Positions 1 to 11,257 of a stretch of DNA of 64,000 nucleotides are shown piece by piece. This DNA is from Octopus vulgaris (lineage: Eukaryota): assembly GCA_951406725.2 (NCBI GenBank), contig OX597814.1, forward strand, positions 95,542,001-95,606,000, read 5' to 3'. The notes beneath the pieces were generated by a model. It made no database searches, was not told where the DNA came from, and saw only the letters and a program-made list of their open reading frames with translations. A program made the translations under genes and the position numbers. Position 1 is the stretch's first letter. The number at the start of each line of letters is the position of its first letter.

Positions 1-281
1 TCCCCAAAATTGGCATGCATGCCATGAGGGAAAGGACAGTCGGATTATTTCAAGACTAAAGGAGAGGTGTCCTACTTAAACCTTCAACAGACGCGACACT
101 CGGGCATTTACAAAAAAAAATTTAAGATATTCTTATTCATCTGGCCCCTCTGATTTATTTTTCTTGGTTCATTTTCATTTCATTTATGCAAATTACCTAG
201 ACCATGAACTTGTTTAGTCAAGAAGTTTATTTTTGTTGTTTTTTTTATGCCTAAGTGTCTTGTCTACTGAATGTAAGGTAT

Positions 282-334
282 GACAGCTGCTGTGCTGATG
301 ACGCTTATTGATTCAGAAACATGTCAGAGCTGTC
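282..334 (+). ncRNA. Degenerate type-I hammerhead motif
   Basis: gacagctgctgtg CTGATGA...GAAAC AT GTC agagctgtc; core and palindromic ACAUGU intact, stem II poor. Confidence 0.4.
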
Positions 335-2199
335 CTCTTGTCTTCCTGTAATCAAACTCTTTTCCTAATGGCATGTAAATCATGGAGAATTCTTGAGATT
401 ATCTCCTCATTTGGAGTTTGTGCTCATTGCAGTAAGCAGTTGGTCTGCTCTCCCCTCTCTGAAAATGGAGATAATTTTAATAGATCAAGAATTGTAAATT
501 AGAATCATTAGAGCTAGATACATGTTGATTATTCATTATAATCACTTTGAATTTATATCCTGTATTGTCTGTTGGATCATGTTTACACAGCTGTTATATT
601 TATACACACGTAATGTGATTGCTTCCTAAATCCTTGTGTGAGTGCTTTTAAGAGTGACTATGCACTCAGTTGTAATAGATTACTACAGAGTTTGTATGTA
701 ATCAGTGGTGTTATGTAATTGCTTCTTAAAACCCAAGACAAGTCTTTTCCAGAAATGATCTTATAAGTATCAGCAGTTTCCTCATCAACTAACTTCAGTG
801 ATGTGAAGAAATCATAAATTAAGTCTTGTTCTCTGGAACAAGACCATTAATTTAAGTTTACTATCAATTAATTGTTATACATTATTATGGAGCTGGTGAG
901 GAGCATTTGTAATCATTCATAAGCTTTCAGGAGAGGAGGGAATAAGTGGTGTAGGGTTTCTTTTTCCAAAAGATACCATAAGCATAAGCAGAGTTGAATA
1001 ATCAAGGAATTATTTGTATAATGATTCTCAAAATATATCAAGAAATCAGAGGTACTTTCTTATTATCAACTACCAATTTTTATATTTGTTAAAGGATTAT
1101 TAAATAATCTATTACACTCCTGAAATGAGTAATAAGAGATCAATCAAGTGGAATAACTATCACTACCTTAAGGAGAATAAATTGAATGATTTTCTTCTGA
1201 GAAAGGATTTTTTTGCCCAAAGCAGTCAATTTTTTTACATTTTTACCCTCCAATTCCTTTAGTAAAAAAAAATTGGCTGCTGATAATAGGTAAGTATCAA
1301 ATCAGGATACTCCTATTATAATTCCATTTGCATCTCTGATGGGGCCATCTAAGAGATGGCTCAAGATAGCTTTTTGAGTCCTGGGAGACAGGACTGCTCC
1401 CAAAATTCAAAGAGGTTGTGAAATTAATTTCTTTTGACTGAGAGGCACAGCAGATAACCACAAGCTTTCTGAGCCCCAGACTAATGTACCTGCTAAATCA
1501 CATCTCATATAAGCCCTGTCTGTCATGTATTAAATGAATAGATTGAATACTACACCCCCACCCCCCAGTTAAGGGATCTTGTCCTGCTAGTTAACTGAAC
1601 TCAATGCTACTAGTGTCACATAAAAAAAACCACCCATTACGTTCTGTAAAGTGGTTGGCATTACGAAGGGCATCCAACCAAAATAACCATGCTAGAACTG
1701 ACAATGGAGCTTGGGGTAGTCTTCTGATTTGCCTGTTCCTCCCAAATCGTCCAATCCATGCCAGTATGGAAAGTGAATGTTAACTGATGATGATGTTTGT
1801 GTGCACTCTTGTCTTGACATTGTTTGAATGAGCATCACCATCTTACAAGCAATGTTCTTTGTTTCCATTTTTCCATGAAAACCATGTGTGGCCATGGGAA
1901 AATCTTAGCTTTTTTGAAACATGATGTTTGGTGACAAGATGAGTATCTAATTAGAAAATCTGTTTCAAGAAATTCTGTCTGAACCCCTACGCAAACAGAA
2001 AATTAGATGTTAAATGACTATGATGATGTGCAAATCTCTCTAATATTCTGGATAAGAGACACGTATTTGTAAAATATGTGTTTGGGTTTGATGCCACTGT
2101 GCAGTACCAAGAAGAAAGTACCATCTAATATGACCTCGGGCTGATCAAAGCAAAATTTTAATGGAAATTGTGCAGAAACTCATCCTGTATATATATGTG

Positions 2200-2483
2200 T
2201 GTGTGTGAGACTCTGTCTCCTCCGATTTAGATTCCTAACTATTCCCACATTTTGCGGTGCAGTTTAACCAAAAGCGGGTATCTTATAGTCGTCATTCATA
2301 TCGAGCCCTTCTGGGTATTAGCACGCGTCTACGATGAGTCTACAATTTAAAAAAAAATTTACCATCATTTTTCCACATTTTTAATGATTTTTGCTTGGGT
2401 TATATAAGGGAAGTAACTCTCTAAAAGTACTTATATAGTTATTTCCCTTACAAACCCGAGCAACGCCAGGCGATACTGCTAGT
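2200..2483 (+). mobile_element. Non-autonomous Helitron-like element 3' part
   Basis: Ends in a GC-rich sub-terminal hairpin-like cccgagcaacgccagg followed by CTAG-t; a similar end occurs at 9560-9588. Confidence 0.55.
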
Positions 2484-3219
2484 ATATATATATATATTTA
2501 ATGTTTTTCCATGCTAGCATAAGTAAGACAGATATTTGATGTAGGATTTTACAGCCAAATGCTCTTCCTGAGTTTGAAGTAAGGGATTATTTTTATTTAC
2601 AGAGGGTTTTGTGCTGTGTGGGGACTGGCATGCCAAAGAACAGACCTAAAATTTCTTTTGCATGTCATAAAAGGCAACTAGAAGAGATTGTTGTAAGATT
2701 TGCACTCTAGCCTGAAAACTCACCAGGAACTACTCAGACCCATCAAGTTCTCTCCAAGGAAGTACCTTACTGCCTATAAGACACATCATATGGGGAAACC
2801 CCTTGAGGACAGAATGGGCTCGAGGCTTCTCACCTGAATGGTGCAAAGTTGTCATCTACTGGTGCCATGTAAAAAGCACCCAGTACACTGAAGTGGTTGG
2901 CATTTGGAAGAGTATCCAGCCATAGAAACCATGCAATAATAGACAACTGGAACCTTGGCAGCTCGCCAATTGCTATAAAACCATTCAACCCATGCCAGCA
3001 TGGAAAGCAGACATTAAGGATTAGGGTGATATACATACAGATATGACTGTAGTTAAGAAGCTTGTTTCTCAACCATAAGATTTCAGGTTCCTACAGAATA
3101 GTACCTTCAGTAAGTGTCTCTTACTATAGCTCTGAGCCAACTAATGGCTTGCGAATAGATTTGGTTGGCAGAAATTGAAAGAAGTTTGATGTGTGTGTAT
3201 GTATGTATATATATATATA

Positions 3220-3443
3220 TTACATTATTTACATTTGATGTCCTCATCTTGTTTGCTGTTAACACAACGTTTTGGCTGATATACCCTCCGGCCTTCATCA
3301 GGTGTCTTGGGGAAATTTTGAACCTGGGTTCTCATTCCTAAGGTATTTTTTGATATTATTATTATTATTCAAGTCACTGCCTGGAAGTGAACTTGCAATC
3401 TTGGGGTTGGTAGCCCGCGCTCTTGACCACTACGCCATATGCC
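3220..3443 (-). mobile_element. tRNA-headed SINE-like element carrying a hammerhead motif
   Basis: GGCATATGGCGTAGTGGTCAAGAGCGCGGG...GTTCACTTCC (Pol III A box and degenerate B box), an (AAT)n spacer, then the hammerhead motif. Confidence 0.65.
3261..3306 (-). ncRNA. Minimal type-I hammerhead ribozyme motif (G12 changed to A)
   Basis: GACAC CUGAUGA A GGCCG...CAGCC aAAAC GUU GUGUU; stem I GACAC/GUGUU, stem II GGC/GCC, palindromic AACGUU. Confidence 0.6.
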
Positions 3444-3960
3444 TTTATGGTATTATATTTCAGTGTCATGATTAGCAAAAGCAAAACTGGTCGACAAACA
3501 CAATACACTTCCACTTATAAAATATATTAAACTATGTAAAATGTGTGCATTTTCCTTCCTATATTTTATATATATATTTTTTGCATTACAACTCACCATG
3601 TGGAGATAATCGAAATTCTCCTCCTCCCTTTTCTTATTACTTATAAATATATATATTCTATAGTGGAACACACTTGTCCAAGGCACCACACAGTGAGATT
3701 TAACCTAGAACCATGTGGTTGGGAAGTAAGCCTCTTACCACACAGCGCACTTCTTACAGCATTAAGAGTTTTTACCTCTTATCTCTTGCAATATAGGTGC
3801 TTCAGCATCCTCAGTCACAATTAGTGACAAAAATTTTTCCTTTATAGTATTTTATTGTGCCTAGCTGTTTATATCAATTTTTAATATATGCATTAACATT
3901 TCACTAACTTTTTATGGCAAAAATATATATGCTGACAGCTGGATTTAGTGTTTGAATATT

Positions 3961-4004
3961 CACTGCTGATGAGCCTATGACTAACAGGCAAAAATAGTCT
4001 AGTG
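3961..4004 (+). ncRNA. Minimal type-I hammerhead ribozyme motif (decayed core)
   Basis: CACUG CUGAUGA GCCU-augacuaac-AGGC aAAAa UA GUC UAGUG; stems I and II intact, GAAAC has 2 substitutions. Confidence 0.6.
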
Positions 4005-4223
4005 ATCCTAGAGAAGCTCATGGGATAATTATCTTCCCTGTTAGTGTGTATATATTGCGCACTTCTTACAGAAATAATTCTTATTTCTTGCAATATAGGT
4101 GACAATAAAATATATATCAAACAGACCCCAAAGAAGCTGGTATTATAGCAGGACTTATATCATGTAGTTACATTGATAAAAAGAAAGAAAGAGTACAATG
4201 AAGTTGCGATGAGTAGTGGAAAA

Positions 4224-4256
4224 TCCAATGTTTCAAACAGTGTCCTTCTTCAGGAA
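4224..4256 (-). ncRNA. Degenerate minimal hammerhead motif (PLE terminal-repeat type)
   Basis: UUC CUGAAGA A GGAC acu GUUU GAAAC AUU GGA. Confidence 0.4.
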
Positions 4257-5133
4257 AAAGTTAGAAGGGAAAGAAATCCTCTAAGTTAATAAAAAAAAAT
4301 TGCTGCAACTGATAAGGAACACAAGGCTATGTGAGCTTCATACATAAAAAGCGATGGGAGTAAGTGTAAGGAAGGAGTAATGGAATAAGGAGAAGCAGAC
4401 AAAGTCAAAAGTGAGATGAAAGGGAAATGAAGAAAAGGATTACTTAAGAGATGTAGGAGTAGAAGGGAAAATGTTCATTTAAACCTATCGGTTACGTGGT
4501 ACCAAGTTTGAATATGAAACAATTCCCCCTGTTTCTTTGAAATGTGGATCTATGGTGAGTGGTCCAGGGTTATAATAGAAGACATTTGCCCAAGGTGCTA
4601 TTCAGTAGAACTGAGCCCTAAACTTTATTTCTGGAAAATGAACATAACTACACAGCCATGCCTATATATATGATAGGTTGATGCAGGCATGGCTGAATAG
4701 TTAAAATTGAAATTGCATGGTTTTGGATTTTGTGTCACAACACCATGGTATGTTTTACTGTAGCCCTGTACCAACCAATGCTATCTAAGGGAATTTAGTA
4801 TACAAAAACTGCAGGAAACTGTTCTGTGTATACATGAATACTGATATATGTATGTATTTATGAGTGTGTCATTTGTTTTCAATCTTCCATAAAAATATGT
4901 CTAGCAATGGGGAAATATTACCTTACTTGAAAACAGATGAGAGTTAGTGGTAGGAAAGGAAACCAGCAGTAGAAAATTTGTCTCAGTGAATTGTCTGAGC
5001 CATGCAATTGTGGAAAAGGGTGGATAATAAAACAATGATGATGATATATATATATATATATAATTATTATTTGAAGGAATAAAATCCAAACATATATATA
5101 TAGAAGATGGAATAAACAGGCTTTAATTACAAA

Positions 5134-5278
5134 TCATAACAATTGTTTCTGTGCAGTGGTAACAGCTGTTAGTTGCTGAGGTTTTCCATATCATACTATT
5201 ATATAAATTATTTTATAAATAGTTATATAAATAAATATGATCCCACAGCAACTGTGTACTGGCACGTCATCAGGTGGG
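5134..5278 (-). ncRNA. Type-I hammerhead-like motif with elongated stem II (partner copy)
   Basis: CUGAUGA at 5273-5267, GAAAC at 5149-5145; stem II arms cagt/actg and agttgctg/cagcaact; stem I has a mismatch. Confidence 0.45.
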
Positions 5279-6149
5279 TTGCTTTGAAAGCCACTGCTGG
5301 ATCATGTTCCATTTCTCATCTTATATGCCTTTGCATAGTTAGCATTCTCTCTTCACTGAGTTGCTTATAGATTCAAAGCAACTCAAGTAATAAAAATACT
5401 GAAAAAAATAATGCTAGTAAAAATATATAATACAAGTTACAAAAAAAAATAGACAAAAATTTCTAAATAGAAACAGAAATGAAAATCAAATGTGTAAATA
5501 TAGATCAAAACTAACATTCTGTATTTTTATTCTATCATGTTTCTCTCTATTTTTTTTTTTCATCTTAGACTAGAAGTATCCATTACCTCTATTGTTTGTA
5601 ACTGTTTTACTTCAAATGATCTAAAGTTATCACTTTGCCCCAGCAGGATATCCATCTGTCTGTCAATCCACTCTCAAAACTTAATTTTAGTTATCCTGAC
5701 ACCCATCATAGTCTTTTAATAGTCATTAAGATTCTTATCATACATGAAGAGATTTAATCGCCTTTACCCATGTACACATACAGATGTTTATTCACTCAGT
5801 GTATACATAGAAATACTTATGTTTGAATATACATACATACACATACACATTTTTATATCTGTACATATATAAATATACACACTGTCATTTTTATACATGT
5901 ACTTCTACTATTAGCTGCCAAACTTACGAACATACCTACTTATGTACATACACACCATCTACTGGCAATTCTTGTTTTATATCTTTTGGTTAACTCAATG
6001 TTTTTACTCTCACACCTAATACTTTTATAAATTTTTGTTCCATACTAATGTGTACGTCTGTATCTAAACATAGCAGTAATGATACCAAAAAACATAACAG
6101 CAATTTATAGCAAATAACATATTACTATCATTTCATGATCATCAGCACT

Positions 6150-6396
6150 TTCAAATTATTATAAAGCATCAACCGATCATGGCTGTTGCCAGCCTCCTCT
6201 GGCACCTGTGTCAGTGGAACGTAAAAAGCATCCACTACACTCACGGAGTGGTTGGCGTTAGGAAGGGCATCCAGCTGTAGAAACACTGCCAGATCAGACT
6301 GGAGCCTGGTGCAGCCTCCTGGCTTCCCAGACCCCAGTTGAACCGTCCAATCCATGCTAGCATGGAAAACGGATGTTAAACGATGATGATGATGAT
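6150..6396 (+). mobile_element. RTE 3'UTR fragment, inserted in the Penelope-like element
   Basis: Same conserved 3' end and (GAT)n tail. Confidence 0.9.
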
Positions 6397-6883
6397 TACA
6401 TAAGACAGGTAAACAATAATACTAACTTATTGATAATAATCTTATGTTAAGTTTATTTTTGAGTCAACAGATTAAAATCACTTTGAACATTATATATTAT
6501 TTCTAAGTTCAAGAAATGAACTTTTCAGTCTATGGGTGCACATGAGGATTATCTCTGAGAGCTTCTTAATTATTTTATCCTTACATAATATTATTTCAAG
6601 TGTTTCTTCCAGGCAGAGGTTACATACTTTACAGTGTGCATTTTGTAGTACTTACCAAGTGGTGCTGTAATTTGTTTTTCCTTCTTCAGGTCCCAAAATT
6701 TAAGAAAAAAACGACCTCAAAAGGAAAAAAATTTCCTAGTGACAGGAACGGTATAATGATATTTTTATAACTTGTGTTGCCTTGAATCTTCAACCTACTC
6801 AGTAAAGAGAGAATGCTAACAATGCAAAGGCATATAAAAAAGATGAGAAACTGAACATGATCCAGCAGTACTTTCAAAGCAAC

Positions 6884-7015
6884 CCACCTGATGATGTGTT
6901 GGTACACTGCTGCTGCAGGATCATATTTATTTATGCAATTATTTATAAAATAATTTATATAATAGAAAACTCAGCAATGAACAGCTGTTACCACTGCGCA
7001 GAAACAATTGTTGTG
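6884..7015 (+). ncRNA. Type-I hammerhead-like motif with elongated stem II
   Basis: CAC CUGAUGA (6888-6894), 106-nt imperfect hairpin, GAAAC AAUU GUU GUG (7001-7015); stem I CAC/GUG, palindromic ACAAUUGU. Confidence 0.5.
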
Positions 7016-8059
7016 TTTCATAATTAAAGCCTGTTTATTCCATCTTATTCTATAAATTTATATATAAATTCTATACACTAACAGTGTTCCTCATGTATAA
7101 CCACTATGAAATAAGTACCTAAATACCAGGCAAAACTAGGGCCAATATAATCAACAAAATTCCTTCAAGATGTGATTCCAGCATGCTGCTTGCTCAATGC
7201 ATGCAATTGTATTTAGCAGTGTACAAAATATGATTTTCAGTTAATTGCAATAACTATAATGAAAAGAAAAGTCATCAGCATTACGGAAAATTATTCAAAA
7301 CAAGCAAAGGAGAACACTGAAATTTGAGCTGACCAAAAATTAATAGGAGATATGCAGAGAAGGAGGGAACCTGATCTTTGCTAGCTTTGTGACAACCCTG
7401 GAATGTGTGTTAATCCTATTATATCTAAGCAAAGTACTAACAGCACACAGTGACTAAGATTTCAGTATGAGTAAAATATATAGACTTTTGATGTGGACGT
7501 AATCTCAGATAGTGAAAGCATATGGCCAAGTGGTTTTTCACCTGTCATCTTATGATAAATATTTCAATCCTGGAGCTATGAAGCATGTTGTGTTCTTCAG
7601 CAAAACACTTCATTTAATATTACTCCAGTTTACATAGCTGTAAATGAGTTCCAGTAATAGCTGGGAAGTTGACCCTGTGATGGGCTGGTGTCCTATTCAG
7701 TGGAGAGAGTGTTGTAATTTCATTCACTTATATGTCATGGAAACAGGTTATTCACCATTTCTCAAGCTCACAACAGACCTAAGAGTAAGTGATAATTCAC
7801 TGATAAGACAATTTGAAATAACTGTTATTCACCTGCATGAAGAATATATAGCTAAGTGCAGGCTACCTAAAATATTACAGCATTGTATAGAAAGCCTTGT
7901 AGTTGTTGCAGTCTTTATTTCTCTGAGTTCAAACCCGGTCAACTTTACCCCTCATTTTTCAGGTCAATAAAAAATATAGCAATATATAATGATGGATTAA
8001 CAGAACTTTTTGAAGATCAAGATAAGATGTTTTTAGGTATCTGTTTTGGCTCTTTGCCA

Positions 8060-8350
8060 TCTGATAGCAATGTCTGTGACAGCACTGATATCAAATTGTC
8101 CTTTGAATATACATCAGTATAATGGAGAGGAGAGACTTGTATGTGTGGACAAATTGTCAGTCTTCCTTGAAAAATCTTGCTATGGTCAGAGCATACATAT
8201 TCAGGACATGCCGTTGACACTGACCAATGGAAGGCTTCCCCTATGTTCATTACTTACAGCTTCTCTTACAACAGAACGTAATGAAATTCTTTGAAGAACT
8301 ACATTGCTAAGCAAAGGAGGCAAGTTTACTTTTATGGTTCACTAGAAAGA
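8060..8350 (+). mobile_element. Possible decayed hAT (Buster/Charlie-like) BED-finger remnant
   Basis: DIKLSFEYT / NGEERLVCV resembles the Y.KFGFT...NGEERPQCV start of such transposases; weak. Confidence 0.25.
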
Positions 8351-8379
8351 TACTCAGCATTACTCAGAAAATACAGCAT

Positions 8380-8785
8380 TCATCATTATCATCATCATTG
8401 TTTAACGTGTTTTCCATGCTGGCATAGGTTGGATAGTTCGACTGGGAAGCCAGGAGGCTGCACCAGGCCCCAATCTGATCTGGCAGTGTTTCTACAGCTG
8501 GATGCTCTTCCTAACGCCAACCACTCCAAGAGTGTAGTGGGTGCTTTTTACGTGTCACTGGCACAGGGGCCAAAGGCGTTGGCACCGACCACGATTGAAT
8601 GGTGCTTTTTACGTGCCACTGGCATGGAAGCCAGTCGAAGCAGCACTGGCATCAGCCATGTTCAGATGGTGCTTTTTATGCGCTACCGGCACAGGGCTCA
8701 CAACTACAATTTCCATTTGATTTGATTTTGATATTGATGTACTTGACTCAATAGGTCTCCTCAAACACAGCATGTCACCCTATGA
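8380..8785 (-). mobile_element. RTE 3'UTR fragment
   Basis: Reverse complement of the conserved RTE 3' end; (CAT)n at 8380-8400. Confidence 0.9.
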
Positions 8786-9264
8786 ATATACTAACACTAG
8801 CACTGCTGAGGGTAATATTCTCTGGGAATGCACAAAAGCTTTTTTTCACAGTTAATTATTTTGAATTATTATCTCATATCTGATTAGCCTGTTATTACAT
8901 AACATGTTTCATGATTTTAGTATACATACCTAATTAGTATTTCCTCCTAAAATCTATATACTCTGGGAATGTATTAAAGCCCTTTTCGGGGCTACTTTAT
9001 TTGAATTCTTACAATTGGGTAATTAATTTCATGTTACTACATAACTGACTTCACAATTTGGGTATTCATAACTTATTGGGAATTCCTAAAAACAAGATCC
9101 TTTTTAAGACAGTTCAGTATTCTCAATAAATACACAAAAACCATTTTAAGGGCTACATACTTTGTATTGTTGTTACTGGATTAGCAAAACAATTATGAGA
9201 AAGGAACCAAGGGATAAGCCTGTTCTCTAGTATGCTAGTTACTATATATATATTTATATATACT

Positions 9265-9542
9265 CAGGCCAACCAAAACCTTGTGAGTGGATTTTCGTAC
9301 TCGGAAATTGAAAGAAGACTGTCATATATATGTGTATGTGTGTCTTGTGTTTGTACCCCCACCATTGCTTGACAACTGATGTTGCTGTGTTTACATTCCT
9401 GTAACTTAGTGGTTTGGTAAAAGACACTGACAGAATGAGTACTAGGCTTACAAAGAATAAATCCTGTGATTGAATTCTTCGACCAATGTCAGTGCTCCAG
9501 CATGGCAGCAGTCACATGACTGAAACAAGTAAAACAATAAAA
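9265..9542 (+). mobile_element. SINE family A, 5'-truncated
   Basis: Matches the 3' two-thirds of 52291-52710; other pieces at about 3035-3200, 3660-3745, 4560-5030, 14730-14900 and 40610-40720. Confidence 0.8.
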
Positions 9543-10729
9543 ATCTATGCCATTTTAATCCCAAGCAAGGCCAGGTATCTCTACTAGTATATGTTAAATA
9601 CATATATAATGTATAGCAATAGGCAGTATATAAAAAATATATAGCTTAGTATATACATATAATTGTTGTAAAGTATCTATCATTTAATATACATATACTA
9701 ACATACAATACACAAATAAATATTGTTTTATATCAACAATGTTAACTTCTCAATGAATGGTCTCCTGTAATGCCCAACAGCTGAAGTGGTTGAAAAGCTG
9801 GCATTATATAGTTTTCACCATGTGGAAGAAATATTCAAACATTGCATTCTTGAAGTGGTCCCATAATTTCTGAATAACAAAAGTTATAGCATGGAAAGAC
9901 GACGCTAAACGATGATGATGATGATTGAAATTCAGTTCTTATTAACAAGAACTAATGAAATATGTTTATGTTCATGCTTGTGTAGGTATTTCGCCTTTTT
10001 TTCAGAACCCAAATCTATGTAAATGATGTATGTGCTTGTAGGTATAGAATATGCTTCAATACTTCTTAAAATCCCTATTAATTGGGAGTGAAAACTTAAA
10101 TGATTTCTTGATCCTGTATGGACATTGCTAAAAGATAATTGAGGAAATGATTTTAGGTCAAAGGATAGTTTATGGAACTATCCTTTAGTTCATGGAATGT
10201 TATTCACCATTTCCATCTCTAATTAATTATCTGTCACACATTTTTCACTCTTACAAACTTACCTACCCACTCACTGGCCCTTTCTGTTCCTCTCTCCCAT
10301 GTTCACCTTGTACCTTGAGGGTACACCCTCCCCATCACTCTCTCTCTCTCTCTTTCCAGCTGAGGAAGCCATGAATTAATCTCTTCAGTAAGGCACCTGT
10401 TCCTGTCCCTCTATTATATTTTCGCCTCCTTTAATACTTTACCCCACTCAGTCTTATCTTGCTAGCACTTGATGACCTTACTAGTGCTGGTACCATGAAA
10501 AAGCACCCAGTATGCTGTAATGAGGTCAGCATTAGGAAGAGCACTTAGCTGTAGAAATCATATCAAAGCAGACGGAGCTTGGCATAATCCTTTGGCTTGT
10601 TGGTTCCTGTCAAACCCTCCAATCCATGCCAGCATGGAAACAGGACTGTTAAACAATGATGATGACAACTTATTGATCAGCAGTTAAATTTTCTCCAAAA
10701 ATACTACAGAATGTGTACAGAAAATTTAA

Positions 10730-11172
10730 CCATTTAGCCATCAAATTATTTCATCAAAAGTAATGCTTATTTATTCATATTGTTTTGAATTAATCATGCA
10801 TTATCTTATTATTTTGATGAGGTAATGGTTAATTTTTAGAATGATATTGTAGGGTTGATAAGGCGGCAAGCTGGCAAAAACGTTAGCACACTAGGCGAAA
10901 TGTTTAGTGGCATTCGTCTGTGTTTATGTTCTGAGTTCAAATTCCGACGAGGTCGACTTTGCCTTTCATCCTTTCAGGGTCAATAAATTAAGTACCAGTT
11001 GCGTACTGAGGTTGATCTAATCGACTACCCCACCTCCCCCAAAATTTCGGGCCTTGTTCCTAGAGTAGAAAAGGATATTGTAGGGTTGGTAAGAGGAGCC
11101 AGATTTGGCCAGTTTGAGTATAAAACAAGTAGAATATTTTGGCCAGATGTGGCTGGTTTGAAAGCCAAAGGG
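10730..11172. mobile_element. piggyBac-type MITE interrupted by SINE B
   Basis: ttaa-ccatttagc ... gccaaaggg-ttaa; interior is the reverse complement of 12348-12557. Confidence 0.8.
10861..11073 (+). mobile_element. tRNA-derived SINE family B with 18-bp target-site duplication
   Basis: B box GAGTTCAAATTCC; TSD gatattgtagggttg(a/g)ta at 10843-10860 and 11074-11091; related copies at about 14195-14405, 53480-53830, 54820-55020 and 57615-57790 (-). Confidence 0.85.
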
Positions 11173-11257
11173 TTAAAGAAAGAATTCAGCTCTTAGGGGA
11201 ATCAGACAGTAGAGTTAGGAAACAATATCAAGTATTCAACAAATTATTGAATTTAAC

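Larger units (their letters stand above)
5098..7055 (-). mobile_element. Decayed Penelope-like element with inverted ~300-bp terminal repeats (5098-5400 / 6757-7055)
   Basis: The two ends are clearly reverse complements and each carries CTGATGA...GAAAC. Minus strand 6523-6633 reads CKVCNLCLEETLEIILCKDKIIKKLSEIILMCTHRLK, like the CxLCxxEK...NKRSE...CxH terminus of PLE ORFs. Confidence 0.7.

Noticed and set aside
1330-1375. CTGATG plus ggccatct/agatggct hairpin as another hammerhead
   Set aside because: The hairpin is real, but both core segments deviate and no stem I is evident; too degenerate to call.
3375-3443. tRNA gene
   Set aside because: No proper acceptor stem or cloverleaf, and it continues into a repeat body; it is a SINE head. 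The same applies at 52291 and 10861.
7644-8725. Run of 80-144 aa plus-strand ORFs as a second gene
   Set aside because: They cross SINE and RTE 3'UTR sequence, with no coherent splice structure or domain.
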